From contig MCFH01000007.1 of NCBI GenBank assembly GCA_002104945.1, forward strand, positions 1,054,001-1,118,000: 64,000 nt of DNA, written 5' to 3'. The translations under genes were made by a program, and so were the position numbers. Every line of letters begins with the position of its first letter. Positions within the stretch are counted from its first letter, which is position 1. Under the pieces are notes generated by a model. It ran no database searches and was not told the DNA's origin. It was given only the letters and a program-made list of their open reading frames with translations. Positions 10,764-28,161 of the stretch are shown one piece after another. The DNA comes from Piromyces finnis finn (lineage: Eukaryota; Fungi; Neocallimastigomycota).

Positions 10764-13505
10764 ATGATAAATACGAAAGATATAAGAGCGTTCACAAAAC
10801 AAATATTAAATGAAGACGATGATTATGAAAACTTAAATGATTATGATGTTAATCACTTAGATTATCGATATATTGAAAAATGCTCTGATATTAAAGAACT
10901 AAAAAAATTACTTAAGATTTTAAAGTATGTTAATAAAATAAATCATCAAATTTTATTTTTATTATAAAAAAATATATAAAATATAATAATTTGGATAATT
11001 ATTATATAAAATAGATCTGGAAAAGAAGGCTATTTTTTACAAATGGAGGATGCCATACAAAAAAAACTTGAAGAATTAGATCCTTCACTTAAAAAGTATT
11101 GCTAAAATTTTGTATATATAATTGTATTTCTGAATTGCTAATAATATATTATTATCCTATAGAAAACCGCTTCCAAAAAAAGAAGACATTGCTAATGAAT
11201 TAAATGTATATACTATATATAAAAGCATTAATAAATCAATATGATTAAAATATGTTATTAACTTTTTAATATATAAATTCATATCTAAAAAAAGGATTGG
11301 GTTAATATGCTAAAAAAAAAGGATAACAGTTTAAAAAATAATAATAAAGCGATTTTTACTAACAAAAGTAGTGAAAAAATATTAACTACTGAAATAACAT
11401 TTAATACAGAAGAACCAGTTGAAAATATTACAAATAAAAACGAAAAAACTAATACATATAAAAATATTTCCAATTATGAAAGAATCAAATCTACTGATTA
11501 TAGAAAATGGGATCTTTATAATGTTGATGAAGAAATAAAAAAAATAGATTATACAAATGAAGTTGATAAAAATGACAAAAAAGGCAGTGAATACTGTACT
11601 GAAAAAAAAAACAAAATTGAAAATTACACAAGAAGATTGAATAAAGAAAAACATATTCCTGCTGTTTCTGATGATGATATAAAGCAAAGAAATACAGAAG
11701 AATTAAGAGCATTAGCTGAAATTGAAAAAAATAAAGGAAATGATTGTTATAAAAGCAAAGATTATGAAGAAGCTGTAATGATTTATTTATAAAACTTTTA
11801 AATTTAAATTTAAAATTATTTTCTAAAAAAACTGCTTAATATATAGTTAATTTATTATACTAGAAGTTTAGATTTACTAGAAATGCCTAATATATATACT
11901 AACAGAGCCTTAGTTAATCTTAAATTATCTCGTTTTGCAGAAGCAGAAAATGATGCTACTGGTAAATTAACTAAATGTTTTTTTTTTTTTTTTTTTTTTT
12001 TTTTTTGAATATAAAATATAAATTGTAAAAGGGAAATTAATGAATCATATAAATAAACATATATAAAAATAGAGGCCTTAAGAATGAATGATTCAAGATT
12101 TAATTTTAAAGCATATTTAAGAAGAGGTGAATCATATTCTCGTAGAGCAAGATATCGTGAAGCCATTAACGACTTTTCAGAAGCTTTAAAATTAGAACCA
12201 AATAATAAAGAAGCTGAAAATTTTCTTATTAAAGCACAACAAAATTATCTTGAAGTTGAAGGTGAATTAGCTGAAAAACTAGATGTTCAAATTAAAGAAG
12301 TGAAAAAGCAATCTAAATCTAAAAAGAAAATGATAATCAAAGAAGTTGATGAAATTAAAGATGAAGATATATTACTAAATACCAAAAAAGTTTTAGTTCA
12401 TAATGATAATGTAAAAGATAATAATATAAGCAATGAAACCAACATAGACGGAAACAATAAAAATAATTCAATAAAAGTTATAACAACTGAAAAAGAAAAT
12501 GATGAAAATTCATCAAATATTCTAATTGAAAATGCTAATAATACTGAAAAATTTTCGCCTAAAGATAATAATAAAAAACAAATTATTGAAATAAATAATA
12601 TTAATCTCAGTAATAGTAATAATAATAAAAAACAAGACATATTACTAAAAAATGAATCTTTAAATAATAATGAATTAATTAATATTGCAAAAGATAGAGC
12701 AGAACTTATTAGTGATAATAGCAATAATAATATTGACAAAAACGAAAATACTAATAATAATAATTTAAATAGAATAATAAACATAGCAGATATTAATATA
12801 TTAAGTGAAGAAGAAGATGAGGAAAGTTCCATTTATAATAATGAATCTGACGATGATGATGATAGTACTCAAATTTATAATAAAATGAAATCCAATGATA
12901 ATAAAAAAAGTAAAATGAAATCATATATTGATTCATTAAAATTTTATAATGAGTATGATGATGAAAACGAAGATATGAATAATTTTAATGAAGAAGAAGT
13001 TCGTCAAAAATTAGAAAAGTTAAATGAACTTAAACAATATATGAAGAATAAATTTGATTTACTAAAAAATTATGACAATGATAGTGATATTGAAGAAAAT
13101 GATGATATACTTATTTTAGATGATGAGGAGGAAGAAGAGGAAGAAATAAATAATAATTTCTGTATTGAATCAGATAATGAAGAAATAAATTTTATGGAAT
13201 TTTTAAAAGCAAAGGAAAAGGAAAGAAGAGAATTATATGAAAAAACAATGAATAGTGATAATAAAAATAATTATTTTAATAATGATAACATAAGGAATAT
13301 AGAAATAGATAATGATAACTTTGATAGTATTTATAACAGTGATAATGATGAAATATTAAATATAATAAATAATCAATTAAAAGGTGGTAGTATTAATAAC
13401 GATGAAAACAAATATATAAAAATGCTATTAAAAAATAAAAGACAATATGATCCATTAGGTTCAGACAATAGTGATTTTGAAAATTATGATTTTGACAGTG
13501 ATTAG
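10764..13505 (+). CDS. SPAG1: SPAG1-like TPR co-chaperone (axonemal dynein assembly factor family), multi-exon
   Basis: N-terminal HLDYRYIEKCSDIKELKKLLKILK|SGKEGYF resembles the SPAG1 N-terminus. Also RIKSTDYRKWDLYNVDEE and TPRs (EIEKNKGNDCYKSKDYEEAV; YTNRALVNLKLSRFAEAENDAT; KAYLRRGESYSRRARYREAINDFSEALKLEPNNKEA). Confidence 0.8.
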
Positions 13506-13889
13506 CATAGTTAAAATTTATTCGCATAATAATTCAAACTATTAAATAATTAATATAAAATATATTACATTATAATATATTTTAATTTACGTATGTTTTT
13601 ATATTTTTATTTAGTTAAAAATATATTTATTTTAATTTCTTACTCTATTAAATTAATAATAATTTATCAGAATAAAAAAAAATTATATATATATAATAAT
13701 ATATATAATTTTTCATGTATTATAATTATAAATTAATAAAGAATATTTAAAAATTATTAATAATTTAAAAATTTTAAATTTATTTGTATTAATCCCATTT
13801 TCATTACTATTCGTTTTAAATATAATTAATATTAATAATATATACATTTATGAATATTTCATCAACTACGCATATTAATTTTTAAATTA

Positions 13890-16601
<2,712 letters not shown>

Positions 16602-17500
16602 ATGAAATTGCTATTAAAAAAAATAAAAAGTAAAATATGGAAATTTATTAATAATAATAAATTATTTTTATTTTTTTATTATTTTTTTCTGAAGAGAATA
16701 TTAATTTGGTTAGTATAGTAAAATTATAATTTTATTTTAATTTTTTTTTAACTTATATATACTTCTTATATATCTTATATATTATATATTAAAAAATAAA
16801 TTAAAATAAAAATATAAATCTATAATTTTTTTTTTGATATTTTTTTCTTTTATTTTTTATTGTAAAGAAAAAAGGAAATAATATAAATCGTTTTTGAAAA
16901 AAAAAAAAAAAAAAAATTATATTTCATTATATAATACATTCAATTTTATATATATATAATTATTATTTTTTTAAAATATAATATATACATAAATGAATTA
17001 TTTTTCGAAACATTTAAAATTAAATCCTTTATTTACTCAATTTCTTTTTATTTATTGTTTTATTTTATAATAAAACATAATTTATTTAATAAATTAAACC
17101 TAGTATTCCTTAGTTAGTTGTTATTGGAAATATTTTTAAAGTAAAAATAAATTATGCAAATATATTTATAACAATATAAATTACTACAAATTAATTTATT
17201 CAATAAAACAAGGTTATAACTAATAATTATATATAAATATTTATATTTTAAAATATAATAATATAATAATAAAATAAGAATAATAAGAATAATAAAAAAG
17301 ATATAAATTTATTTGGTAATTATTTATAAAAAGGAAAATGACTAAATATGTCGATTTCAAAAGCAAGTTAATACCTTTATAACTTAAATTAAACTTATAT
17401 ATTAATATATTAATATAATATTTCATTATTAAATCATTAAGACCTCCAAAATAAATAATAAAATAAAGAAAATTCAAAATTTGTTGATATTAATAATAAT

Positions 17501-18946
17501 ATGAATACAAATATTCAAAATTCTGTACTATCGACTGTTCAACCAGTAATAGAACTTGAATCTATGGATTTACATCAAAATTCAAAATGGACCGATACAG
17601 AAGTCAGAAAGATTTTAGATTATTTGTCAAATACAGAAAATTTTCAGAGATATTGTAAAGAAAAAAAAACAAAAACTTATAATAAACTTGCTGAAATATT
17701 GACAACAAAAAATAGTGCACAAATAAAAAATAAATTAAGTAGTTTAGAATCTTCATATAGAAGGATAAAAACGAAGTATCAAGATTTTCTTCAAAATTTT
17801 AATCCAAAGAATTCAGAACAAATTAGATTGTGCAAAGGTTCTTTTTTTTTTTTTTTTTTTTTTTCGATATAATGATATTTTAAATATATTTTATATTATT
17901 TACTCATATAATTTGTTTATTAAGATAATGTATTAAAAGAATTTCCCTTCTTTTTTAACATGGACGAAATATTTCATGTTAAACTTCACAATGTAAAATT
18001 GGATTCAATACCCTCCAGTTCAACAATTAGTAAAATTAGTAACTACAATACCCACAATAACAGCAATAACAATAATAATATAGAAGCGTTCGATTTAGCT
18101 TCGAATTCAACTAATAATTTATTAACATCACTTTTTGATATTGAATCATTACAAAAGCTAATAAAAAAAAATAATGAAAGTAATAAAATTAATGATAATA
18201 TAATTAATGTATCAAAACAAGAAAACGTAAAAGGTACTTATTTATTTTTTTATTTATAATATTAATAACTTATTTAGATTAGATATACTATTATATAAGA
18301 CTATTTTAATGTTATCTTTAAAATTATTTATTAATTTTTTTTTTTTTTTTTGCATACTCTAGATCTCTTATGTATTGATGATTCTTCTTCAAAACAAGTA
18401 TCTAACACTGATACATCGACATTAAGTAACTCGAATTTAAAGAATAGTTCAAAAAATAATAAAAAACGACAGTTATATGAAACTGATATACTAGAAATTA
18501 GCAACAGCACAAAAGAATTAATTAATGTGTTTAAAGAATCTGAAGAAAAACGTTTAAAACTTCAACGAGAATATGAAGAAAAAAGATTATTATTAAAAAA
18601 AATAATAGCTGAAAAGGAATGGGAAAATAAACTTGCAATTGAAAAAAAAAAATTAGAAATTCAAAAGCAACACAATTTAGATATGAGAGTATTAAGAGAA
18701 CGGGAATTAGATTTGGAAGAGTCAAAACAAAAAATTGAAAGAGAAAAGCTTGAATTAGAGAAGGTTCAAATCAATTTACAAATAAAATTATATGAAGAAA
18801 AATTAATCAATAGCTATCATAATAATAAGGATATAAATAGGGGTCTTAATTCAGCATTAGCAACTCTAAATAATTTAAATAATATTGGTTCTGTACAAGC
18901 TCTTCAAAATGGCAATAATTTAAAAATAGATAATCAAAAGAAATAA
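17501..18946 (+). CDS. Myb/SANT-like (trihelix-type) DNA-binding protein with C-terminal coiled coil, about 3 exons
   Basis: KWTDTEVRKILDYL..YNKLAEILTTKNSAQIKNKLSSLESSYRR, spliced to DNVLKEFPFFFNMDEIF, then a charged coiled coil (ORF 18350-18946). Confidence 0.7.
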
Positions 18947-19186
18947 AAAGAAATAGAAAAAATACTTATAAATAATATAATATAAATTTAATTTTTTTTT
19001 CTTTAATTTAAATATTAAAAAATTTTTAAAATATTTTATTATAAAATTTTGTATTAGAAACATTATTTCAATTAATATTAAACTAATCGATTATTAATGG
19101 GTTTTATATAATAGAATAGATATGATAAAGTGTATTGGTATATATTATAATAGTTAGTCTTTTGTATATTATATAATTTAATTATT

Positions 19187-21993
19187 TTAATTTAAAGAAT
19201 ATGCTGATGGTGGAGCTCCTGAAACAAATAATTGACAACCTTTAAATAATTGATCTATTTTCTTTTTTAAAGTATTTTGTTTTTGAAGAGAATGTTCCAA
19301 TTTTTCTTCATAGTCTTTTTCCTTTTTTCTTGCTTCATCATACGATAATTGAAGATTGGATATATTTGTTTTTAGTTCTTCAGATTTATTTTTTAATGAA
19401 ACAATTTCTTGATTCTTTGAATCTAGAAGTTTGTTTAACTCCTTTATTTTGAAATCAAAGGCTTTAATATCATTTTCATTCTCTTTTATCCATGAGCATA
19501 AATTTCTTATTTCTTCATCAAATGGAAATGGATGTTTAGATAGTCCTGGCTTTAAATGCAAATTATCTAAAAATTGTGTAGGTTTACTGTGGATAGATGA
19601 AATAGCAATACATGTATCACAAGCTTTACTATATTGCAAAAGATAATCATCAATTATCGCTTGACACTCAAATACTTCTTGTTCTTTCTTTAAATAATCG
19701 TTATGAGTTTTGGCTAACAAATCTTTTGTATTATTTAAATCAGTATTTAAGTCTCGACATTTTTTCAACAATGAATTTTCTTGATTATTAAGCTTATTTT
19801 GTAATTCATTAAATTCTTTTCTTATTTTTTTGTTTTCTACAATAACTCTTTCTTTTTCCTTTATTTGTTCTATTAATTTTTAATATTTTTTTTTAAAAAA
19901 AAAAAAATATTAATAAATTTAAATAAAATTTTCAATTATTATAAAAAAGAAAACAAAAAAAAAAAAAATACCTTCAATGATTTGTTCAAGTTTTGTTAAC
20001 TGATTTTTAATTTTATCTGATTCTTGTACAACGTCAAATAATTTATCAATTTGTTTATTAATAATTTTATTATTATTATTAATATTATCACTTTCATTTT
20101 CGTTATATTTATTAGTTATTTGGTTTATGCTTTCTAAATATAATGATTGAATATCTTTAATATTTGATAACTCTGAAGACATTTGTTTTGTGAGTTTCTC
20201 ATTATCTTGGATACTATCTGTTCTTAATTGATCAATTTCAATTTTTAATGCTTTAATTAATTCAGTATATTTTTTAATGTTTAGTCTTTCATCGTCTAGC
20301 TTATTTTTTAATATTCTATTTTTTTGAAGTAAGTCTTTATCAATAGGAAATTCATTCTTAAAAGATATTATCGCTTTTTGAAGTTTATCATTTTCTAATT
20401 TCCATTTTTCTATTAGATTCTCTAAATATATTTGATTTTTCTTCATATTTTCGTTTTCTACCAATAATTTATTATATCTTTGAGTTATATCGTTATATTT
20501 TGTCTTAATTATATAATTACTATTTATTGGATCAATATTAGATATTTTTTCTGTTTTATTAATTTTTGAATTTAATTCATTTATTATCATTAGATGTTCT
20601 TTATTTTCCAACTCCAATTGACTTATTGTATTTAAAGATTTTTTATATCTCTCTTTTAATACATTTACATCATCATCATCACTTACATTATTTAAATTTT
20701 CATTTTCATTTTCATTATATAAATTATTGATATTATCTTGACAATTTTTAAAACAATTACAAACATCTATTATTAACGATCGACTTAGTGAATATGGTTT
20801 CTCTTCAGAAAATTCTTTTATACTTGTTTTCATAGAATTTAAACATTTATAGAAATTCTGTAATACCTAATAATAAAAAAAAATAATAAATATTGTATTA
20901 ATAATCATGATATTAATCTTTAATAAAATTATATTTAATAATAATTATCATACTTTTTCTACAGTTATTTTTATCAAAACCGAGTTCTTATTAATAAATT
21001 TTAAGTTTAATTGTGTTGATATTACCTCCAACACCTCATTAATAAATGTAATTAGATTTTCTTGTTTTGACGATGAAAAACTGCTTATATAAGCTATGTC
21101 TTTTTCTTTTAAACTAGATATACTATCATAGCATGATATATTTAATAGATTTGCATTAATTTCATCCAATTTATATTTCATTACTTCATTAATTTTTCTT
21201 AAATTTTTATTTTCTTCTTTCATTGCTTTATTCTCATTATTATATTCATTTATAATATTATTCAAATAAGAAATATTTTCAGATTTTTGTTTTGATTTTT
21301 CAATTAAGTCCTTCATTAATAAATATGTATTCTCATCTGGTATATTAATTTTCATATTATGTAAAAGCTCTTTTGTTTGTCTCTTTTCAGAAATCTGTTA
21401 TATTAAAATAATAAAAAGTTTATTATTTATTATTATTTTTAATTATGTAATAATCAAAATATATATAAATCTATTACATTATTATCAATCAAATTATTAT
21501 TTGATATATCTAAATAATATTCTTTATTATTAATATCAATGGATTTCTCATCATTTCCTATATTGGTGTTTTTGCTTTGGTGTGTATCATTATTTTCATC
21601 ATTTAATATTGAATAACTTTGAATACTTATATCATTGCTATTTTTATCAATATGTAATTGGATATTATTTAAATTATCATTTTCTTTCATCAGCATCAAA
21701 GACATATCATGATCATTTTTCTCAAAAATTTTTCCTGCTGCTTTTGATGAAAACATAATAGCATTATAATTTCTTTCAACTATTTCATTTATATTATTAT
21801 TTTTTTTATTTAATCCTTCATTTTTATAACATAAACTATTTTCATCATTTATTATATTATTATTAATTATATTATTTTTTCTTTCTACACTAATATTTAT
21901 ATCACTACTTTTTGATGAAATGTCATTAAATTGGCCCAATGTATCTTGTATATCATTAACGATTTGACCTAATTTTTTAATTGGTTCACCCAT
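19187..21993 (-). CDS. Uncharacterised long coiled-coil protein, 4 exons
   Basis: ORFs 21454-21993, 20948-21355, 19919-20833 and 19187-19771 can be joined in frame through short GT-AG introns. Heptad-rich sequence with no recognisable domain. Confidence 0.7.
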
Positions 21994-22428
21994 ATTTCTA
22001 TTTAATAATTAACAATTAATAAAATAATGTTTATTTAAATATAAATGGTATAAATAAGAAAAATAAGAAATATTAATGAGATAATAATAACGTTTTATTT
22101 TTAGACTTTATTTAAAATTCTTTATAAAACTTTCATTATATTTTTTATAATAATTAATAATCATAAAATAATTAAAGTTTATGTGTAATAAAAAAGAAAG
22201 GTATACAGAGAAATATTAAAAGTTACATGCTCATATTTAATTTATTTTTTCTTTCTTCATGTTTTTTATTATTTTAAAAAAAAAAAAAAAAACTTTAAAA
22301 AGTTAATTTGAATAAAAATTTTATTTTCAAAAAAATATATTAGTTCAATAATTCACAACTCCGATTTTTCATATATATTTAAGTTTTATTTTAATATGAT
22401 TATGAATTATGTTTGGTTAGTATAATAT

Positions 22429-25400
22429 CTACAAAGTTGTATGACACTGTTATTAAATAAATTAATGTTAATTTAAATTTTTATATAAATTTACAATAAT
22501 AATAATTTTATTTAAAAAAAACTAACCAATGGGCAACACTGAAGTCCTGATATTTCTCTTTCTATAGCCCTTCTTTTACATACATGGCACATAAAGTGAT
22601 ATGGCTTTTATTTAATTATAAAAAATAATTTAATATTTATATTTTTAAAAATTTAATAAATTATATATTGGTTTTCTCTTTACTTCTATAATTGGTTTTC
22701 CAGTAACTATACATATTGGAAAATTCAAATGACAAGAAGAACAATAGGATTCACTAATTTAAATAGAATAATAATGATTAATATATATATATTTAATTGA
22801 ATTAAATATTAACATATACCTTTCTTTTAATAAAGAGCCGCAATTTGTACATTCTACTTCTTTCTCTGGAGGGTCCTCTGGTACAAATCTAAATATTTTA
22901 AAATATGGAAAAAAAAAAAAAAAAAAAAAAACAATTTAATTGAATATATATTTATATGATAATAAATTAGTAATAATTAAATATTGTATTGTATATACTT
23001 TGTAAATATAGATAAACCTAATTTATCAATATCATCTTTTTCTTGTTCTGTAAGAGATTGTAATGATTCTAATTTTACAAATGCTTTTGAACATGTTGCA
23101 AAACATCTATTATTGAAACTAATTAATGCCAATAAGCTATAAACTTTCTTCGGGTCAATAATATTATCATATTCACATAAATGTTTCGCCTATAATTTTT
23201 AAATTTATATATTAACTAATAATTTATACTTCTAATTTATGACTACATAATAGATTTTTAATATATATATATACTGTTTTTATGGCTGCATCTAAATCAC
23301 CCTGATAATACTGTTGTTGAGCAAGGATATAATAATGATATGCTTCTGCACCTTTCCAGGCATTATCCAAAAATTTTGTATTCATGGTATTTTTAGAATC
23401 TTCAACAAGTAATCCTTCTAAAGCCGCCAGTGCCTGGGTTAATTAATATATAAAAGAATTAATAAAATTAAAAATCTTATAAATTAAATATAAATAAATT
23501 AAATTAAATTTATTTTACTTCATCATTATTCTTTTTTTGTCCCTTCGATTTATTTAATTGATGATATCTCTCAACTTCTAAAGCAGCCAATACATATAAT
23601 TTTTTAATTTGTAATGGACTTTTATTTTGTTTAACAAATTCATCAGCAAGCTAAACATTAATTAATAAATCATTTTAACAATATAAATCGATGTTGATTA
23701 TACATTAATAATATTAGTAATAATTTTAAATAATTTTAATTACATTATACAATAATTGAGCTGATTTCTGACAGTAATTGGCCTTTCTATATAATTCAAT
23801 TGCTTCAATGATTTTTTTATCACTAAGTAAGCGCTTAGCATATCCAGATAAAAGATTTTCTATATCTTTAAAATTATGTTTTTCAGCAAGTTCTATTGCA
23901 TCACTCCACTTATGGGATAATAATAATTTATATATTAATTTATTTATTTAATGTTATCTTTAATGTGAGTTATAGTTATGCCAAACTTACTTGATTTAAA
24001 TATACGCAAGTATCAATTGCTGATTTAACATCGCTTATTTTCAGATATGCTTTTACAGCTTGATTATACATACCAGAAGATTTAAATATATCACCAAAAG
24101 TCTTTATTTAATATATATTTTAAAGATTAATGCATATATTCGAATTATATTTAATATTATTAATTATATGTACCTTAAAGTTAACATCATTATCAGGTAA
24201 ACTATTCATTAACTTCTCAAGACCACTATAATCTTCAAGTAAATAATAACATTGAATTAATTTTTCTATATTACGACCTTGAACGTAATAATTTATTGCT
24301 TGTGACCTTTATATATATTATACATGATTAAAATGAAAATTATGAAACTTTAAATAAAATACTATAATATGTTAATAATATAATATTAAATTTGTTACCA
24401 TCTCTGATGTTCGTAATAATAATCACCAATAGAATTTAACGCTTTATTTAATAGTATATCATCACCAATATTACCTGATTGAATTAAATATACAACTCTA
24501 AACCAATCTCCTAATAACATTCTTAAATTAAGAGCAAGATCCATTCTATCAATTTCAATGTATATTTTTTCAGCTAATTCAATATTTCCTGAATATGTAG
24601 CAATTTCTGCTTTTTGAATATCTTTATTCTATAAAATTTTATTAATATTATATAAATATATATAATTATGTTAAATTTAAATATTTACATTTAACTTTTT
24701 TAATGATTTTATAAACTGCAATCCTTGATAATCTTGACACTTGGCAAATGCTTTTTCAGCGACATCAAAATTAAAATTATTTAAAGCAAAGAAACTAATG
24801 ATTTTCCATAATCTTGGAATTGAATAAGTTTCAGCATATTCAAACGCTTTTGAAATATCTTCTTCTTCAAGAACTCTTCTGATTTCTCTAACATGTTTTG
24901 TTTCAATGACACTAATATAATCTTTTGTTGGATTTTCTGGGTTTTTCATTATTTCATCAATTTGAACTATCTTTATTTCAAGATCTCTAAAATCAAAAAT
25001 ATCTTTTAATTATAATATTTTGTTATGTTAAAAGAGTTATATATTTCATCTAAAATTTTAATTATATAATATACAATTTATAACATACTTCCAATATATG
25101 AAACTGGTTCTTCTGGTTCATAATTATTAAATACAATTACTCTTGTTTTTTCTAAAACAACGAATGAATCAGGAGTATCTTCCGACCTATTTATATATCA
25201 TGTTAAATTAATATTTATAATAAATAATATTTTAAAAAAAATATCTTTTATTATATATATTTATTACCATTTCATTTCCCAAACATCCTTTCTTTCAAAA
25301 TCTAATAATTTACCTGTGTTCTATATTTTGTAATATAAAAGAAATTCAATGTCTGTTCAAATAGTATAATATTATAGTTAATACATAAACTTATTTTAGT

Positions 25401-28161
25401 ATTTACACCGGAAATGATTTCATTTGAATTTTTTACTAATCCATCACTGGAATTATGATTTTCATTTTTAGAGAATGTAAATATTTTTAATATTCCAGAA
25501 TTATCAATTAATGAAAGCATTGATGAATCACAATTCAATTGCATTTGTTGTGGTTGATGAGATATAAAATATTGATTTTCTAAAATTACATTTGGTAATG
25601 AAAATTGTAATAAAGCACCTGATTGTCTTGTTACTATTAAATATAAATCAGATACAGCAATCTGAATAATTGGATCATTATTTTCACTATTAATTAGTAT
25701 TATTATATAATAATATTTAAATATTATTTTAAATTAATAAAAGAACCCTTAGTTTAAACAAATTTTAAGTATATATTATACCTTAGATGGTATCCACCAA
25801 ATGCAATATCTTGTGCTGAAGTACCAATATTTTTAATATCATCAATATTAAATGTATATTCTTGAAATTCTTTCTTTCTTATTGCTATATAAATATAATA
25901 TAAAAATACAATATTTTATTATTATTTTCTCCCTTTTTTTTTTTTGTAATAAATATACATTAAATATATTAATAATTAATATGTACTATTATAAGCAATA
26001 TTATTTCCATTTGGTGAACTCTTAAATTGGTAATACAAAATATTTTCTGACGAAGCAATATATACTCTTGTTTTATTTATTCCATAACAAACGGGTTCAA
26101 AATCAATTATTTTTGTATGAATTGGTGTTCCAATTGAATTAACAACTGTAAATATATATCTTTTTGTTTATAATAATTAAATAATTAATAAATATTATAA
26201 ATTATGAATACATTATTAAACAATTTCTGATATTACTGATTTTCTTCAACTGTAGATTTCGATATAATTAAGCAATACACATCATATGATATAATAGAAA
26301 TTACTTTGGTATATAATCTAACGAATTATTAAATTAATAATTAAAATTAACAATAGTTAGTACCATTTATAATCAGTTACTTCTTAAAATAATGAGTAAT
26401 TACTAATTACTTTGTATATTTTTCATTTGTCTTCGAGTTCCAAAATGTAATAAATGTATCGGATTTATTTGGTTTGCTATACGCATAGGCTATTACATCC
26501 TTTGACAATGATGTCCATTTATAATTTGGTCTTATATTTGCAAAATAGATAAAAGAATCAATTGCTAATGCGATATGTAATCCACTATTTTCCCATGATA
26601 ACGCAGATATTTTTTTTCCAGGTACTCTTAATGATCTTAAATACTTTTTTAGAATAATAAAAAAATCAAAAACTTAAAATAAGGAATAGAAAGTATAATA
26701 TAAAAAAATTCCTATTATATATCTATTATATATACTTTTCCATAAGCATCATATATTTGTAATACACAAACTTCTTTATTTTCACCTTGTGAACTTTTTC
26801 CATATTGCATACCAGTAACAGCTAGTAATGAACCATCTCTATTCCACTTTATGTTTAAATATCTCATTGCAGTATCAATTATTATTGGTTCTATTTATAT
26901 TTTAATGATATAAAATAATAAAATATATAAATACCAATTATTGTTAACAAAGTAAAATAATTTTTAATATTATTGTATTTACCATTATCCTTTTCATTTC
27001 TCATTAATTGTATTTTTCCATTTTCTAAAGCAATAGCTAAACATGGAACATCTTGATCAACATATCCATTCAATCCATTATACCTTGATTAAATATTATT
27101 ATATTATTATTGTATATATTATAGGTTATTTATAATCATTATATATTATGTTATATAAATACCATTCACATCCTGAAATTTTTATTACACCAACACCTGT
27201 TTCATTGAAATAAGTTTGAACTTTAGACTTTTAAATTGTATATTATAGAAAATATATATATATATTAAAAATATAGTATTACACTTTTTAATTATATTTA
27301 TAAAAATCAAAAAAATAATAAATATATTTGAATTACAATAAAATTCCCATCTGCATCATATAAGTGAATTTCACCATCCATTGTACAAAATAAGATAAAT
27401 TTTGAGTCCGGTGACCATTGCAAATAAAGAAGTTCCATTTCAAACTCTTTACCCCAAATTCTGCTTCCATCCACTGAACCAACAATTACAGCACCTAAAA
27501 TTTTAAATAAAAAAATTTTTTTAATAACACTATATATAAAACTATATCAATTTTCATTTAATAAAAATCAATATACAAATAATTGAGAATATATACCATC
27601 TTTATAAATAATACCGATTTTTTCACCAGTTTTATTCCATTGAATATCTGTAACAACACTTTTATTACGATTATTAATCATTTCTTCATACCATGTTCCT
27701 TTATATAAAATCCATACAATGATAAGACCATTTTCATCAGATGTTGCTAATTTATGATATTGCTGATTCCATGAAGCAACTAAAACTGAGCCTATAATTA
27801 TATACATAATTTAATTAGATTTCTTAAATAATTATATAAAAAATATATATTATCATTAAATTTTCTACCTCCATGGCCATCTAAAGTTTGATTCATTGAA
27901 AGATTTGAACTTTTACTTTTTTTATCACCATTATTATTGCTACTTTCAAGTTTTAAAACTTTTAAAAGACCATCTGTACCACCACATGCTATCCAACCTT
28001 GATCATTATTCCATGCAATTGTTTTTAAATTAATACCATTTGGTATTGAAATCTTTTTAGTAATAAATTATTTTTTAGTTAATAGTTAATAGAATACTAT
28101 AGCTAATACAAAATAATATTATAATATTAAGATTTACCTTTTTGCTTAAATATACAAACAT
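22429..28161 (-). CDS. WDR35: WD repeat protein 35 / IFT121 (IFT-A complex), many exons
   Basis: MFVYLSKK|[25 protein letters not shown]; [34 protein letters not shown]; [32 protein letters not shown]; C-terminal [14 protein letters not shown]|CHTTL*. Confidence 0.96.

Noticed and set aside
12398-12832. Hydrophobic antisense ORFs (e.g. 12398-12832, 11382-11687, 53600-53824) as membrane proteins
   Set aside because: They are reverse-complement shadows of Asn/Lys/Glu-rich coding sequence in AT-rich genes.
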